Shown here: positions 31,248 to 41,078 of the stretch, in pieces | How the letters are laid out: each line of letters begins with the position of its first letter | Position numbering within the stretch: the first letter of the stretch is position 1 | NCBI GenBank assembly: GCA_029961055.1 | Contig: JASBVM010000005.1 | Span: 65,487-129,486, forward strand | DNA: 64,000 nt | Reading direction: 5' to 3' | DNA from: Bacillota bacterium | Lineage (GTDB): Bacteria > Bacillota > Sulfobacillia > JAIMAT01 | Program-made: the position numbers and the translations under genes | The notes under the pieces: model-generated | What the model was told of the DNA's origin: nothing | Database searches by the model: none | What the model saw: only the letters and a program-made list of their open reading frames with translations

Positions 31248-32750
31248 ATGGGCGCGAACGGGCAGCAAGAGCAAGAGGAAGCCAGGCGTCCCGCGGCCGC
31301 GGAGAGGGCCGGGCGGCAGAAGGGGGTGATCCGCCCCATCCTGGACTCCTCGCACCCGGAGGTGCGACAGAGGGCCAGACCGGTCCGCCGGGTCACCCGG
31401 CAGATCTGGAAGCTCCTGGACGACATGGCCGTCACCATGTACGACGCCGACGGAGTCGGCCTGGCCGCGCCCCAGATCGGGGTCGACCTGCGCGTCATCG
31501 TGGTCGACGTCGGCGACGGCCTGATCGAGATGGTCAACCCGGAGCTCCTGCGCTCGGAGGGCGAGCAGACCGGCTACGAGGGCTGCCTCAGCGTGCCGGG
31601 CTACGTGGGCGAGGTGACGCGGGCCCGCCACGTCCGCGTCACCGGGCTGGACCGGCAGGGGCGGCGGATCTGGGTGGACGCCGACGACTTCAAGGCGCGG
31701 GCGTTCCAGCACGAGCTCGACCACCTGGAGGGCGTCCTCTACGTGGACAAGGCGCAGCGGCTGGTCCGCCTCCCGCCCGAGACGGCCTACCGGCTGGTCT
31801 TCATGGGCACCCCGGAGTTCGGCGTCACGGTCCTGCGCCGCCTGGCCCGGCACGGCTTCAAGCTGGCCGGCGTGGTCACCCAGCCCGACCGGCCCCGGGC
31901 GCGGGGGCAGGCGGTCCTCCCCTCCCCGGTCAAGCGCCAGGCGCTGGAGTACGGGCTCCCCCTCCTGGAGCCGGAGAACCCGCGCGAGCCCGGCTTCCTG
32001 GAACGGCTGCGGGAGCTCCGCCCGGACGTGATCGTCACCGCCGCCTACGGCTTCGTCCTGCCGCCCGAGGTGCTGGCGGTGCCCAAGCTGGTGGCGCTCA
32101 ACATCCATCCCTCGCTGCTGCCGCGCTACCGCGGCCCGGCCCCGATCCAGCGGGCGCTGATGGCGGGCGAGAGGGAGACGGGCGTCACCGTCATCCGCAT
32201 GTCCGAGCGCGTCGACGCGGGCGAGGTGCTGGCGCAGCGCCCGGTCCCCATCGAGCCGGAGGACGACGCGGGCTCGCTGGGGGCGAAGCTGGCGGCGGCC
32301 GGTGCGGAGCTGGTGATCGACGTCCTCCATCGCCTCGCGGTCGGCGAGGAGGTGCCGGGCGTCCCGCAGGACGAGTCGGCGGCGACCCGGGCGCCCAAGA
32401 TCCGCCCCGAGGAAGAGCGCCTGGACTGGAGCCGCCCCGCGGAGCAGCTCCTCCACCAGATCCGCGCGCTCAGCCCCAAGCCCGGCGCCTACACCTTCTA
32501 CCAGGGGCAGCGGTTCAAGGTCTTCCGCGCCGAGCCGCTGCCGGCGGCCGAGCTCCCGGGAGGCGGGACCGGGGCGCTCCAACCCGGGGAACTGGTGGCG
32601 GTGGACGCTCGCTCGGCGGTGGTCGCCTGCGGCCCGGACGGGGGCCAGCGGCTGCGGCTGCTGGAGGTCCAGGCGGCCGGGCGGCGGAGGATGTCCGTGG
32701 CCGACTTCCTGCGCGGCAACCCGCTCCGGCCCGGGGAGCGCCTTGGCTGA
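31248..32750 (+). CDS. def-fmt: Fused peptide deformylase / methionyl-tRNA formyltransferase
   Basis: Def motifs GVGLAAPQIG, EGCLS, QHELDHLEG, then in the same frame Fmt motifs LVFMGTPEF, VVTQPDRP, NIHPSLLPRYRG, IRALSPKPGA. Start may be GTG 31326. Confidence 0.95.
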   Translation: MGANGQQEQEEARRPAAAERAGRQKGVIRPILDSSHPEVRQRARPVRRVTRQIWKLLDDMAVTMYDADGVGLAAPQIGVDLRVIVVDVGDGLIEMVNPELLRSEGEQTGYEGCLSVPGYVGEVTRARHVRVTGLDRQGRRIWVDADDFKARAFQHELDHLEGVLYVDKAQRLVRLPPETAYRLVFMGTPEFGVTVLRRLARHGFKLAGVVTQPDRPRARGQAVLPSPVKRQALEYGLPLLEPENPREPGFLERLRELRPDVIVTAAYGFVLPPEVLAVPKLVALNIHPSLLPRYRGPAPIQRALMAGERETGVTVIRMSERVDAGEVLAQRPVPIEPEDDAGSLGAKLAAAGAELVIDVLHRLAVGEEVPGVPQDESAATRAPKIRPEEERLDWSRPAEQLLHQIRALSPKPGAYTFYQGQRFKVFRAEPLPAAELPGGGTGALQPGELVAVDARSAVVACGPDGGQRLRLLEVQAAGRRRMSVADFLRGNPLRPGERLG

Positions 32751-34125
32751 GAGGCCCGGCCGCCGGCCGGCCGGAGCCGGCCGGAGCCGGCGCGGCGCCC
32801 GGGAGGTGGCGCTCCGCGCCTGCCTGAGGGTGGAGGAGGGCGCGCGCAGCCGCGAGGCGCTGGAGGCCGAGCTGGCCCGGGCGCCGGGCCTGGCTGCCGC
32901 CGACCGGCACCTGGCCACGGAGCTGACCTACGGCACCGTCCGCTGGCTGCGCCGCTTCGACTTCCTCCTGGCGCGGACCTCCCGCCGGCCGCTGGCCCGG
33001 CTGCAGCCGCCGCTCCGCTGGGCGCTCCGGATGGCCCTCTACCAGCTGGAGCAGATGAAGATCCCCGAGCACGCGGCGCTCCACGAGACGCTGGAGGCGC
33101 TGCGGGCGGTGGCGGGCCCGGCGCCGGTCGGCTATGCCAACGGGGTGCTGCGGGAGGCGCTCCGCCGCCGCGGCGAGTGGAGCTGGCCCGACGACGGCTC
33201 ACCCGGGAGCCTGGCCGTCCGCCACTCCTTCCCGGACTGGCTGGCGCGCCGCTGGGTGGAGCGGTACGGGGGCGAGGAGGCGGAGCGCCTGATGCGGACC
33301 ATGAACGTGCCGCCGCCTCTGACCGTCCGGCTCAACCGGCTCCGCGCCCGGCCGCAGGAGGCGCTGGAGCGCCTCCGGGCGGCAGGCCTGGAGGCGCGGG
33401 CGGGCCGCTACGAGCCGCAGGCGCTGGAGGTGCGGGGCGCCGCGCCCCGGGAGCTCCCGGGCTGGGAGGAAGGCTGGTACCAGGTCCAGTCCGAGGCGTC
33501 CATCCTGGTCGGGCGCACCGTCGGCGCCCGTCCGGGCGAGCGGGTCCTGGACGTGGCGGCCGCGCCGGGCGGGAAGAGCACCCACCTGGCGGAGCAGATG
33601 GAGGACCGGGGGCTGGTGCTGGCCGTGGACGTGGATGCACGGCGGCTCGGCCGGGTGGAGGAGAACGCCCGCCGGCTCGGCCTCCGCTCGATCCGCGTCC
33701 TGGCCGAGGATGCGCGCCACCTGGCGGAGCGTCTGGAGGCCGCCTCCTTCGACCGCCTCCTGGTGGACGCACCCTGTACCGGCACGGGCGTGCTCAACCG
33801 CCGGGCGGAGGCTCGCTGGCGGAAGCGCCCGCAGGACGTGGGCCGGGCGGCCCGCCTGCAGGCGGAGATCCTGGACGGAGTGGCTCCCTTGCTCCGGCGC
33901 GGGGGGACGCTGGTCTATTCGACGTGTACACTCGAACCTGAGGAGAACCGTGAGACGGTGGAGAGCTTCCTGAGGCGGTGGCCGGGCTACCGGTGGGATC
34001 CGCTGGCTCCCTGGCTGCCGCCGGCGCTGGCCGGGCGGGTCGAGCGGGAGGGCGAGATCCAGTTCCTGCCGCAGCGCGACGGTCTGGATGGCCACTACAT
34101 CGCCCGGCTGGTTCGGGAGGCGTGA
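32743..34125 (+). CDS. rsmB: 16S rRNA m5C967 methyltransferase RsmB/Sun
   Basis: NusB-like N-domain (ELTYGTVR, ANGVLR), DVAAAPGGKS, DAPCTGTG, YSTCT. Confidence 0.96.
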   Translation: MAERPGRRPAGAGRSRRGAREVALRACLRVEEGARSREALEAELARAPGLAAADRHLATELTYGTVRWLRRFDFLLARTSRRPLARLQPPLRWALRMALYQLEQMKIPEHAALHETLEALRAVAGPAPVGYANGVLREALRRRGEWSWPDDGSPGSLAVRHSFPDWLARRWVERYGGEEAERLMRTMNVPPPLTVRLNRLRARPQEALERLRAAGLEARAGRYEPQALEVRGAAPRELPGWEEGWYQVQSEASILVGRTVGARPGERVLDVAAAPGGKSTHLAEQMEDRGLVLAVDVDARRLGRVEENARRLGLRSIRVLAEDARHLAERLEAASFDRLLVDAPCTGTGVLNRRAEARWRKRPQDVGRAARLQAEILDGVAPLLRRGGTLVYSTCTLEPEENRETVESFLRRWPGYRWDPLAPWLPPALAGRVEREGEIQFLPQRDGLDGHYIARLVREA

Positions 34126-34128
34126 GCG

Positions 34129-35223
34129 ATGCAAGACGAGAGGCAGGCGGCCGCGGGGCTGCCCGATCCGCGGGGCATGGACCGGCAGGAGCTGGAGGCG
34201 TTCGCGCGGAGCGAGGGGCAGCCCGCCTACCGCGGCCGCCAGCTCTTCCGCTGGATCCAGGGGAGGGCCGCCACCGACTTCGAGAGCATGACCGACCTGC
34301 CGGCGGGCTGGCGGGCCAGCCTTGCCGGGCGGATTCCTCTCGAGCCGGCGGAGGTGGTCCGGCGGCAGGTCGATCCGGAGGACGGGACGGTCAAGCTCCT
34401 CCTGCGCCTGCGGGACGGCGAGCTGGTGGAGACGGTGCGCATGCGCTACCGGTACGGTACCAGCGCCTGCATCTCCACCCAGGCGGGCTGCAACGTCGGC
34501 TGCCGCTTCTGCGCCTCCACCCTGGGGGGGAAGCGGCGCGACCTGACGGCGGGGGAGATGGCGGAGCAGGCGCTGGCCATCCAGCGCGAGCTCCTCCCCC
34601 ACGGCGAGCGGCTCTCGCGGCTGGTCCTGATGGGCATGGGAGAGCCGCTGGAGAACTATGAAGAGACGGTCCGCTTCCTCCGCCTGGCGCACGAGCCCGA
34701 GGGGATGGCCATCTCCTACCGGCGCATGACCGTCTCCACCTCCGGGGTGGCGCCGGCCATCGAGCGGCTGGCGGGGGAAGGGCTCCCGGTGACGCTCGCC
34801 ATCTCGCTCCACGCGCCCAACGACGAGCTCCGGCGGCGGCTGGTGCCCATGAACAACCGCTACCCGCTGGCGCGGCTGCTGGAAGCGGCGCGGAGCTACC
34901 TGGAGCGGACGGGACGACGGCTCACCTTCGAATACGTGCTGATCGACCGCGTCAACGACGAGCCGGAGCACGCCCGGGAGCTGGCCGCGCTCCTCCACGG
35001 GCTGCTCTGCCACGTCAACCTGATCCCGCTCAACGAATCGGGCCGGGGTCTGGTCAGCTCGCCGCCGGAGAGGATCGAAGCCTTCCGGCGGGTCCTGGAG
35101 CGAAGCGGCCTGCAGGTGACGGTCCGGCGCTCGCTGGGACAGCAGATCGACGCCGCCTGCGGGCAGCTCCGCCGCCGCGAGGTGGCCGGGGGGGAGCGAC
35201 GCCGGGCGCCGCTCCCCCGCTGA
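34129..35223 (+). CDS. rlmN: 23S rRNA/tRNA m2A methyltransferase RlmN
   Basis: CISTQAGCNVGCRFC, MGMGEP, SLHAPND, VNLIP, IDAACGQL. Confidence 0.97.
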   Translation: MQDERQAAAGLPDPRGMDRQELEAFARSEGQPAYRGRQLFRWIQGRAATDFESMTDLPAGWRASLAGRIPLEPAEVVRRQVDPEDGTVKLLLRLRDGELVETVRMRYRYGTSACISTQAGCNVGCRFCASTLGGKRRDLTAGEMAEQALAIQRELLPHGERLSRLVLMGMGEPLENYEETVRFLRLAHEPEGMAISYRRMTVSTSGVAPAIERLAGEGLPVTLAISLHAPNDELRRRLVPMNNRYPLARLLEAARSYLERTGRRLTFEYVLIDRVNDEPEHARELAALLHGLLCHVNLIPLNESGRGLVSSPPERIEAFRRVLERSGLQVTVRRSLGQQIDAACGQLRRREVAGGERRRAPLPR

Positions 35224-35294
35224 CGGGGGAGCCCGCGTGCCGCCGGGCGGTCCTGGGCGGGGGCGGGCGGGAAGCGGGTCGGGGAGGGAGCGGC

Positions 35295-36065
35295 ATGCGG
35301 GTCGACGCGGCCAGTGACGTGGGCAAGGTCCGCCCTCGCAACGAGGACGCCTGGGTCTGGCGCCGTATCCGGACGCTGGAGCTCCTGGCGGTGGCCGACG
35401 GGCTGGGCGGTCACAGGGCCGGCGACGTGGCCAGCCGGCTGGCGCTGGACGAGCTGGCCAAGGGGCTGGACGTGGACGGCGCCGAGACGGGGGAGGCCAG
35501 CCGGGAGAGCCTGCTCCGGGCCGTCCGCAGGGCGAACCAGGCGGTCTGGGAGGCCGCCCGGGCGCGGGCCGAATGGCAGGGCATGGGGACCACGCTCACC
35601 GCGGCGCTGGTCGACGGCGACCGGCTCACCCTGGCCCATGTGGGCGACAGCCGTGCCTACCTGTGGCGGGCCGGATCCCTCCGCCAGCTGACCTCCGACC
35701 ACTCGCTGGTGCAGGCGCTGGTCGCCCGGGGCGCCCTCAGCGAGGAGGAGGCCGAGCATGTCCCCGAACGGCATATCCTCACCCGGGCGGTGGGGACGTC
35801 CCCCGAGGTGGAGGTCGACGTCCTCGAGATCCGCCTGGAGCCGGGGGACCGCCTGGTCCTGGCGACCGACGGGCTGAGCGCCGCCCTGAACAAGGAGCAG
35901 GTGGCCGCTCTCCTGGCGGAGGGCGGCGATCGGCCGGCCCATCGCCTGGTGGAGGCGGCCAACCGGGGCGGAGCTCCCGACAACGTGACGGTGCTGGTCG
36001 CCGATCTCCCCGCCGGCGGGGAGGAGCAGGACCAGACCGGCCTGGCCGCGGGTGGTCTCGGGTGA
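35295..36065 (+). CDS. prpC: PP2C Ser/Thr phosphatase (Stp1/PrpC)
   Basis: RPRNED, VADGLGGH, GMGTT, HVGDSRAY, TDGL, DNVT. Confidence 0.95.
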   Translation: MRVDAASDVGKVRPRNEDAWVWRRIRTLELLAVADGLGGHRAGDVASRLALDELAKGLDVDGAETGEASRESLLRAVRRANQAVWEAARARAEWQGMGTTLTAALVDGDRLTLAHVGDSRAYLWRAGSLRQLTSDHSLVQALVARGALSEEEAEHVPERHILTRAVGTSPEVEVDVLEIRLEPGDRLVLATDGLSAALNKEQVAALLAEGGDRPAHRLVEAANRGGAPDNVTVLVADLPAGGEEQDQTGLAAGGLG

Positions 36066-37987
36066 TCGGACGGGTTCTCGGTGGCCGCTACGAGATCCTG
36101 ACCCGCCTGGGCGGGGGCGGCATGGCCGTGGTCTACAAGGGCCTCGACCGTCTGCTCAACCGGGCCGTGGCGGTCAAGGTCCTGCGGGAACAGTACTCGA
36201 CGGACCCCGAGTTCGTCCGGCGCTTCCGGCGGGAGGCCCAGGCGGCCGCCATGCTGGCCCATCCCAACATCGTCAACGTCTACGACGTGGGCGACGAGGG
36301 CGAGCTTCATTACATCGTGATGGAGTATGTCGAGGGGCGGACGCTCCGCCAGGTGCTGGACGAGGAAGGGAGGCTCCCCCCGGCGCGGGCGGCGCGCATC
36401 GCCGTCCAGATCCTGGACGCGCTCGACGAGGCGCACCGCCACGGCGTCATCCACCGGGACGTCAAGCCGGACAACATCCTCCTCACCCGGGACGACCGGG
36501 TGAAGGTGGCCGACTTCGGCATCGCGCGCGCGGTGACGCAGGCCACGCTGGTCCCCACCGGGGCGATCCTGGGCTCGGCCCACTACATCTCGCCGGAGCA
36601 GGCGCGAGGCAGCCCTCTCGACGGCCGCTCGGACCTCTATTCGGTGGGCGTGCTCCTCTTCCAGCTGCTCAGCGGGGAGCTCCCCTACGACGGGGAGAGC
36701 CCGGTGGAGGTGGCGCTCAAGCGTTTCCAGCAGGATCCGCCCGACCTCTCGCTCCTGGCGCCCGGCGTCCCCGCCGCCCTGGCGGCGGTGGTGCGGAAGG
36801 CCATGGCGCGCCAACCCGGCCTCCGCTACGGCTCGGCCGCCGCCATGGCCGAGGATCTCCGCGCCTTCCTGCTGGGCCAGCCGCTCTCCCACGCGGTGCG
36901 CCTGGAGCCGCCGCCGGATGGGGAGGCGACCATCGAGCTGGGCCGCGCCCCGAGGCCGAGCGGGGAGGAGGCCGGTGAGGCCGCTGCGCCGTCCAAGGGG
37001 GGCCGCGGCGGCGGGAAGCGGGCGCCGGCCCCGCAGCGACGGGGACGCCGGCTCTGGGCCCTGGTGGGGGCGATCGTGCTCCTGCTGGCCGCCGGTGGTT
37101 ACGGCGCCTGGCGGTTGAGCCGCTGGTTCGACGTGCCCACGGTCCGCGTCCCTTCGGTGGTCGGGCAGAGCCTCAGCCAGGCGACGCGCACCCTGCAGGG
37201 GGCGCAGCTCACCCTGAGCGTGGCCGACCAGCGGTACAGCCAGCGCTACCCGGCCAACACCGTCATCTCCCAGGATCCCCGGCCGGGGGCGCAGGTGAAG
37301 GCGGGGCAGCCGGTCCGGGTGGTGGTCTCGCAGGGACCCCAGCAGGTGACGGTGCCCGCGGTGGGCAACATGCGCCAGAGCCAGGCCGAGGCGGTTCTCG
37401 CGGCGCGCGGGCTGCGGACCCAGGTGGTCCAGCAGTACAGCGACTCCGTGGCCACCGGTTACGTGATCGACCAGTCGCCCGCCCCCGGTTCGCCGGTCTC
37501 CCAGGGGAGCACGGTCACCCTGACCGTCAGCCAGGGGCCCAGCGTCACGCAGGTGGTGGTGCCGCCGCTGGTCGGCCTGAGCGTGGACGACGCCTTGGGC
37601 CGGCTCCGCTCGAGCCAGCTGGTCCCCGGCAAGATGAGCTACCAGCGCTCGGGCTACCCGGCGGGGATCGTGGTCTCCACCTCGCCCGCCTCGGGGCAGA
37701 TGGTGGGGTCCGGCAGCTCCGTCGATCTGGTGATCAGCCAGGGCTGCGTCAACCAGGCGCAGCCGACGATCACCGTCCAGGGCGGGGGGGACCAGACCGT
37801 CCAGGTCCGGGTCGACTTGTCGGACGCGTCCGGTACGCGCACCATCTACGAGGCGCCCCACGCGCCCGGCGACAGCTTCCAGGTGAACGCCTGCTGGGGG
37901 AAGGGCGACGCCTACCTGAAGGTCTACGAGAACGGCAACCTGGTCAACCCTCCGGACGGGCAGCTGCTGAAGGGAGGCACGCCTTGA
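36062..37987 (+). CDS. prkC: PASTA-domain Ser/Thr kinase (PknB/PrkC)
   Basis: GGGGMAVVY, HRDVKPDN, ADFGIA, YISPEQ, one TM, three PASTA repeats, C-terminal beta domain; GTG 36062. Confidence 0.96.
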   Translation: MIGRVLGGRYEILTRLGGGGMAVVYKGLDRLLNRAVAVKVLREQYSTDPEFVRRFRREAQAAAMLAHPNIVNVYDVGDEGELHYIVMEYVEGRTLRQVLDEEGRLPPARAARIAVQILDALDEAHRHGVIHRDVKPDNILLTRDDRVKVADFGIARAVTQATLVPTGAILGSAHYISPEQARGSPLDGRSDLYSVGVLLFQLLSGELPYDGESPVEVALKRFQQDPPDLSLLAPGVPAALAAVVRKAMARQPGLRYGSAAAMAEDLRAFLLGQPLSHAVRLEPPPDGEATIELGRAPRPSGEEAGEAAAPSKGGRGGGKRAPAPQRRGRRLWALVGAIVLLLAAGGYGAWRLSRWFDVPTVRVPSVVGQSLSQATRTLQGAQLTLSVADQRYSQRYPANTVISQDPRPGAQVKAGQPVRVVVSQGPQQVTVPAVGNMRQSQAEAVLAARGLRTQVVQQYSDSVATGYVIDQSPAPGSPVSQGSTVTLTVSQGPSVTQVVVPPLVGLSVDDALGRLRSSQLVPGKMSYQRSGYPAGIVVSTSPASGQMVGSGSSVDLVISQGCVNQAQPTITVQGGGDQTVQVRVDLSDASGTRTIYEAPHAPGDSFQVNACWGKGDAYLKVYENGNLVNPPDGQLLKGGTP

Positions 37988-38880
37988 GCCTGACGGGGCG
38001 GGTCGTCAAGGTCCTCAACCAGTGGTACCAGGTGGAGACGACCGAGGGCACCCTGCCGGCACGGCCGCGGGGCCGCCTGCGCCGCGGCGAGGAAGGGGCC
38101 CCGGTGGCGGGCGACCTGGTCGAGCTGTGGCGGGCTTCCGACGGGACCGCGCGGATCGAACGGCTGCTGCCGCGCCGGAATCGGCTGGAGCGGCCGCCGG
38201 TGGCCAACGTGGACCTCCTCCTGGTGGTCGCATCCTGGGTGGAGCCGCGGGTCGTGCCGGAGCTGGTCGACCGGGCGCTGGTCGAGGCGGAACGCCAGTC
38301 CATCCCGGCGGCGCTGGTGGTCAACAAGGTGGACCGGATCGCCGGCCGGCCGGAGCTCCTGGACGAGGCGCGCCGCTTCCTGGAGGCCTACCGGCGGGTG
38401 GGGTACCCCGCGCTCTTCACCTCCGCCCGCGACGGCACCGGCCTCGCGGAGCTGCGAACGCTCCTCCGGGGCAGCCTGGTGGTGCTGGCAGGCGCCAGCG
38501 GGGTGGGGAAGTCGAGCCTGCTCAACGCGCTCATCCCCGGCGCAAGGCTCCGGACCGGCATGCTCAGCCGGGCCGAGCGCGGCACCCACACCACCCGCCA
38601 CGTGGAGCTGCTGCCCATGCAGGGGGGCGGCTGGGTGGCCGACACGCCGGGCTTTGTCCGCCTCGACCCGCCCGCCCTGGCGGAGCCCGAGGACCTCCGC
38701 CGCTACTTCCCCGAATTCCGGGAGCCGGCCGCTCTCTGCCGCTTTCGGGACTGCCTCCACCTGGAGGAGCCCGAGTGCGGGGTGCGTCGGGCGGTGGAGC
38801 AGGGCGAGATCGACGCCGGCCGCTACGCCCGCTACCGGGGGCTTCTGGAGGAGCTGCGCGCGGTGGCGGAGCGGCGTTGA
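37984..38880 (+). CDS. rsgA: Ribosome small-subunit GTPase RsgA/CpgA
   Basis: RPPVANVD, NKVD, GASGVGKSS, GTHTTR, DTPG, CRFRDCLHLEEPEC. Confidence 0.97.
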   Translation: MSLTGRVVKVLNQWYQVETTEGTLPARPRGRLRRGEEGAPVAGDLVELWRASDGTARIERLLPRRNRLERPPVANVDLLLVVASWVEPRVVPELVDRALVEAERQSIPAALVVNKVDRIAGRPELLDEARRFLEAYRRVGYPALFTSARDGTGLAELRTLLRGSLVVLAGASGVGKSSLLNALIPGARLRTGMLSRAERGTHTTRHVELLPMQGGGWVADTPGFVRLDPPALAEPEDLRRYFPEFREPAALCRFRDCLHLEEPECGVRRAVEQGEIDAGRYARYRGLLEELRAVAERR

Positions 38881-38899
38881 AGAGGAGGCTGCCAGCCCC

Positions 38900-39625
38900 A
38901 TGCCCGTCATGCCCGTGATCGCACCGTCGGTCCTGTCCGCGGACCTCTCCCGCCTGGCCGACTTTGCCGCGCGGATGGAGGCGGCGGGAGCCGGCCGGCT
39001 CCACCTGGACGTCATGGACGGCCACTTCGTCCCCAACCTCACCTTCGGCCCCCCGGTGGCGGAGTCGCTCCGCCGCCACTCCCGGCTGCCCTTCGACGTC
39101 CACCTGATGGTGGAGGAGCCCGAGGCGTGGATCGACCCCTTTCTGGGGGCGCGGCCGGCGACGCTGGTGGTCCACGCGGAGGCGAGCCGCCACCTGCACA
39201 AGCTGCTGGCGACGATCCGCGCGCGCGGCTTCAGGGCCGGGCTGGCCCTCAACCCTGCCACCGGCACGGAGGCGGTCCGCTGGCTCTGGCCGCTCCTGGA
39301 CCAGATCCTGGTCATGAGCGTCAATCCGGGTCGCGGCGGGCAACGCTTCCTGCCGCTGGCGCTGGAGAAGCTCCGCCTCCTGGCACGGGAGGCGCCACCC
39401 GGCTGGAGGGGCGAGCTGGCGGTGGACGGGGGCATCGGCGAGGAGACGGCCGAGGAGGCGGTGGCGGCGGGCGCCGAAGTGCTGGTGGCCGGCGCCTCCC
39501 TGGCGCGGGCGGAGGATCCGGGCGCGGCCTTCCAGCGGCTGCGGGCGCTGGCGGAGCGGGCGGCCCGGGGGGCGAGGGGCCGGGCGCCCGGCTCGGGGGA
39601 GGCGGGCCGGGGCGGAATAGCCTAG
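38900..39625 (+). CDS. rpe: Ribulose-phosphate 3-epimerase
   Basis: IAPSVLSAD, HLDVMDGHFVPNLTFG, DVHLMV, MSVNPG, VDGGI. Confidence 0.97.
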   Translation: MPVMPVIAPSVLSADLSRLADFAARMEAAGAGRLHLDVMDGHFVPNLTFGPPVAESLRRHSRLPFDVHLMVEEPEAWIDPFLGARPATLVVHAEASRHLHKLLATIRARGFRAGLALNPATGTEAVRWLWPLLDQILVMSVNPGRGGQRFLPLALEKLRLLAREAPPGWRGELAVDGGIGEETAEEAVAAGAEVLVAGASLARAEDPGAAFQRLRALAERAARGARGRAPGSGEAGRGGIA

Positions 39626-39663
39626 AACGTGCGCCGGCGGACGGCATGGAAGGGGGTGAGGCG

Positions 39664-40929
39664 GTGCTCTACCTGAGCCAGCTCCTGGGGAGCCGGGTGT
39701 ACGCGCGCGAGTCGGAGGGCTCCATGGTGCTGGGGCGGCTGGAGGACGTGGTGATCCAGGCGGGGCAGTCGAACCCGGTGGCGCGCGGCTTCATCCTGCG
39801 GGGCAGGCGCGGCGACGCCTTCTGGGTGCCCAGCGGGCAGCTGGCGCCCGCCGCCGACGGGCGGCTGGTGGTCAGCTCGCCCCAGCGGTCGATCCGGCTC
39901 TTCCTGCCCGAGGCGCGGACCATCCGGCTGGGGTTGGACGTCCTGGACAAGCAGGTGATCGACATCATGGGCCGGAAGGTGGTCCGCGTCAACGACGTCC
40001 AGGTGAACTGGGTGGGGGAGACGCTCCGCATCGTCGCCGTCGACGTGGGCTGGAGCGGCTTCCTCCAGAGGCTCGGGCTGGGCTGGCTGACCGGACTGCT
40101 GCGCCGGCTGGGGCTGGCCGGGCGGGAGCGCCTGATCCCCTGGGCGCTGGTGGAGCCGCTGGGCTCTCCCTCCTCGCCGCTCAAGCTCGCCATCGCCTGG
40201 AACAAGCTGCGGGGCTACCACCCGGCCGACCTGGCCGCGCTCCTGCCCGACCTCGACCCGGAGGAGCAGGTGGCGCTCCTCCGCTCCATGGAGCTCCGGG
40301 ACGCGGCGGAGGTGATCTCGCGCATCGAGGAGCCGCCGCTTCGCCGTTCGATCCTGGAGCGGCTTCCGACCGGCCTCGCCTCCGACATCCTGGAGCAGAT
40401 GGCGCCGGACGACGCCGCCGACGTGCTGGCCGAACTGCCCCAGGACGATCAGGAGGCGATCGTGGGCGGGATGGAGCGGGCGGAGCGGACGGACGTGGAG
40501 CGGCTGATGCGCTTCGGACCGCACTCGGCGGGCGGTCTGATGACCACCGACTTCATCGCCTTTCCCCAGCGGCTGACGGCCCAGGAGGCGATCGACCGCC
40601 TGCGGGTCCTCGCCCCGGACGCCGAGACCATCTACTACCTCTACGTAGTCTCCGAGGAGGGCCGGCTGGTGGGGACACTCTCCCTCCGCGACCTGATCGT
40701 CGCGCCGCCCGATCGCCCGCTGGACGCGATCATGCACCGGCGTGTGGTCTCGGTCCCCCTGGAGGCGGACGAGGAGACGGTGGTGGACGTGATGGCCCGC
40801 TACGACTTCCTGGCGCTGCCCGTGGTCGACGAGCAGCATCGCCTCCAGGGGATCATCACCTACGACGACGTCATGGACGTGGTGCTGGAGCGGGGCGGGT
40901 GGAAGAGGCGGCTGCGCGCCCGCGACTGA
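39664..40929 (+). CDS. PRC-barrel + MgtE-N + CBS-pair protein without membrane domain
   Basis: GTG 39664 MLYLSQLLG; DKQVIDIMGRKVVRVND, HPADLA, MAPDDAAD, SAGGLMT, YLYVV, LPVVD..GIITYDD; ends right after the CBS pair. Confidence 0.88.
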   Translation: MLYLSQLLGSRVYARESEGSMVLGRLEDVVIQAGQSNPVARGFILRGRRGDAFWVPSGQLAPAADGRLVVSSPQRSIRLFLPEARTIRLGLDVLDKQVIDIMGRKVVRVNDVQVNWVGETLRIVAVDVGWSGFLQRLGLGWLTGLLRRLGLAGRERLIPWALVEPLGSPSSPLKLAIAWNKLRGYHPADLAALLPDLDPEEQVALLRSMELRDAAEVISRIEEPPLRRSILERLPTGLASDILEQMAPDDAADVLAELPQDDQEAIVGGMERAERTDVERLMRFGPHSAGGLMTTDFIAFPQRLTAQEAIDRLRVLAPDAETIYYLYVVSEEGRLVGTLSLRDLIVAPPDRPLDAIMHRRVVSVPLEADEETVVDVMARYDFLALPVVDEQHRLQGIITYDDVMDVVLERGGWKRRLRARD

Positions 40930-41027
40930 GGACCGCGATGCGACGGGCCGGCGGGTCTCCTCGGGTCCGGTCCCGTGCGGCCCGCCCGCGAGCGCGGGCC
41001 GGAAGGAACCCGGCCGAGGCCGTGCGA

Positions 41028-41035
41028 CATAGAGT
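41028..41035 (+). promoter_or_regulatory. SigmaE/sigmaK-type -10 element for spoVM
   Basis: CATAGAGT matches CATAnnnT, about 45 nt upstream of the GTG. Confidence 0.4.
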
Positions 41036-41078
41036 GGACTCCGCCCCGCCCTGCGGGCCGGAGGAAGGAGGTTGCCCA

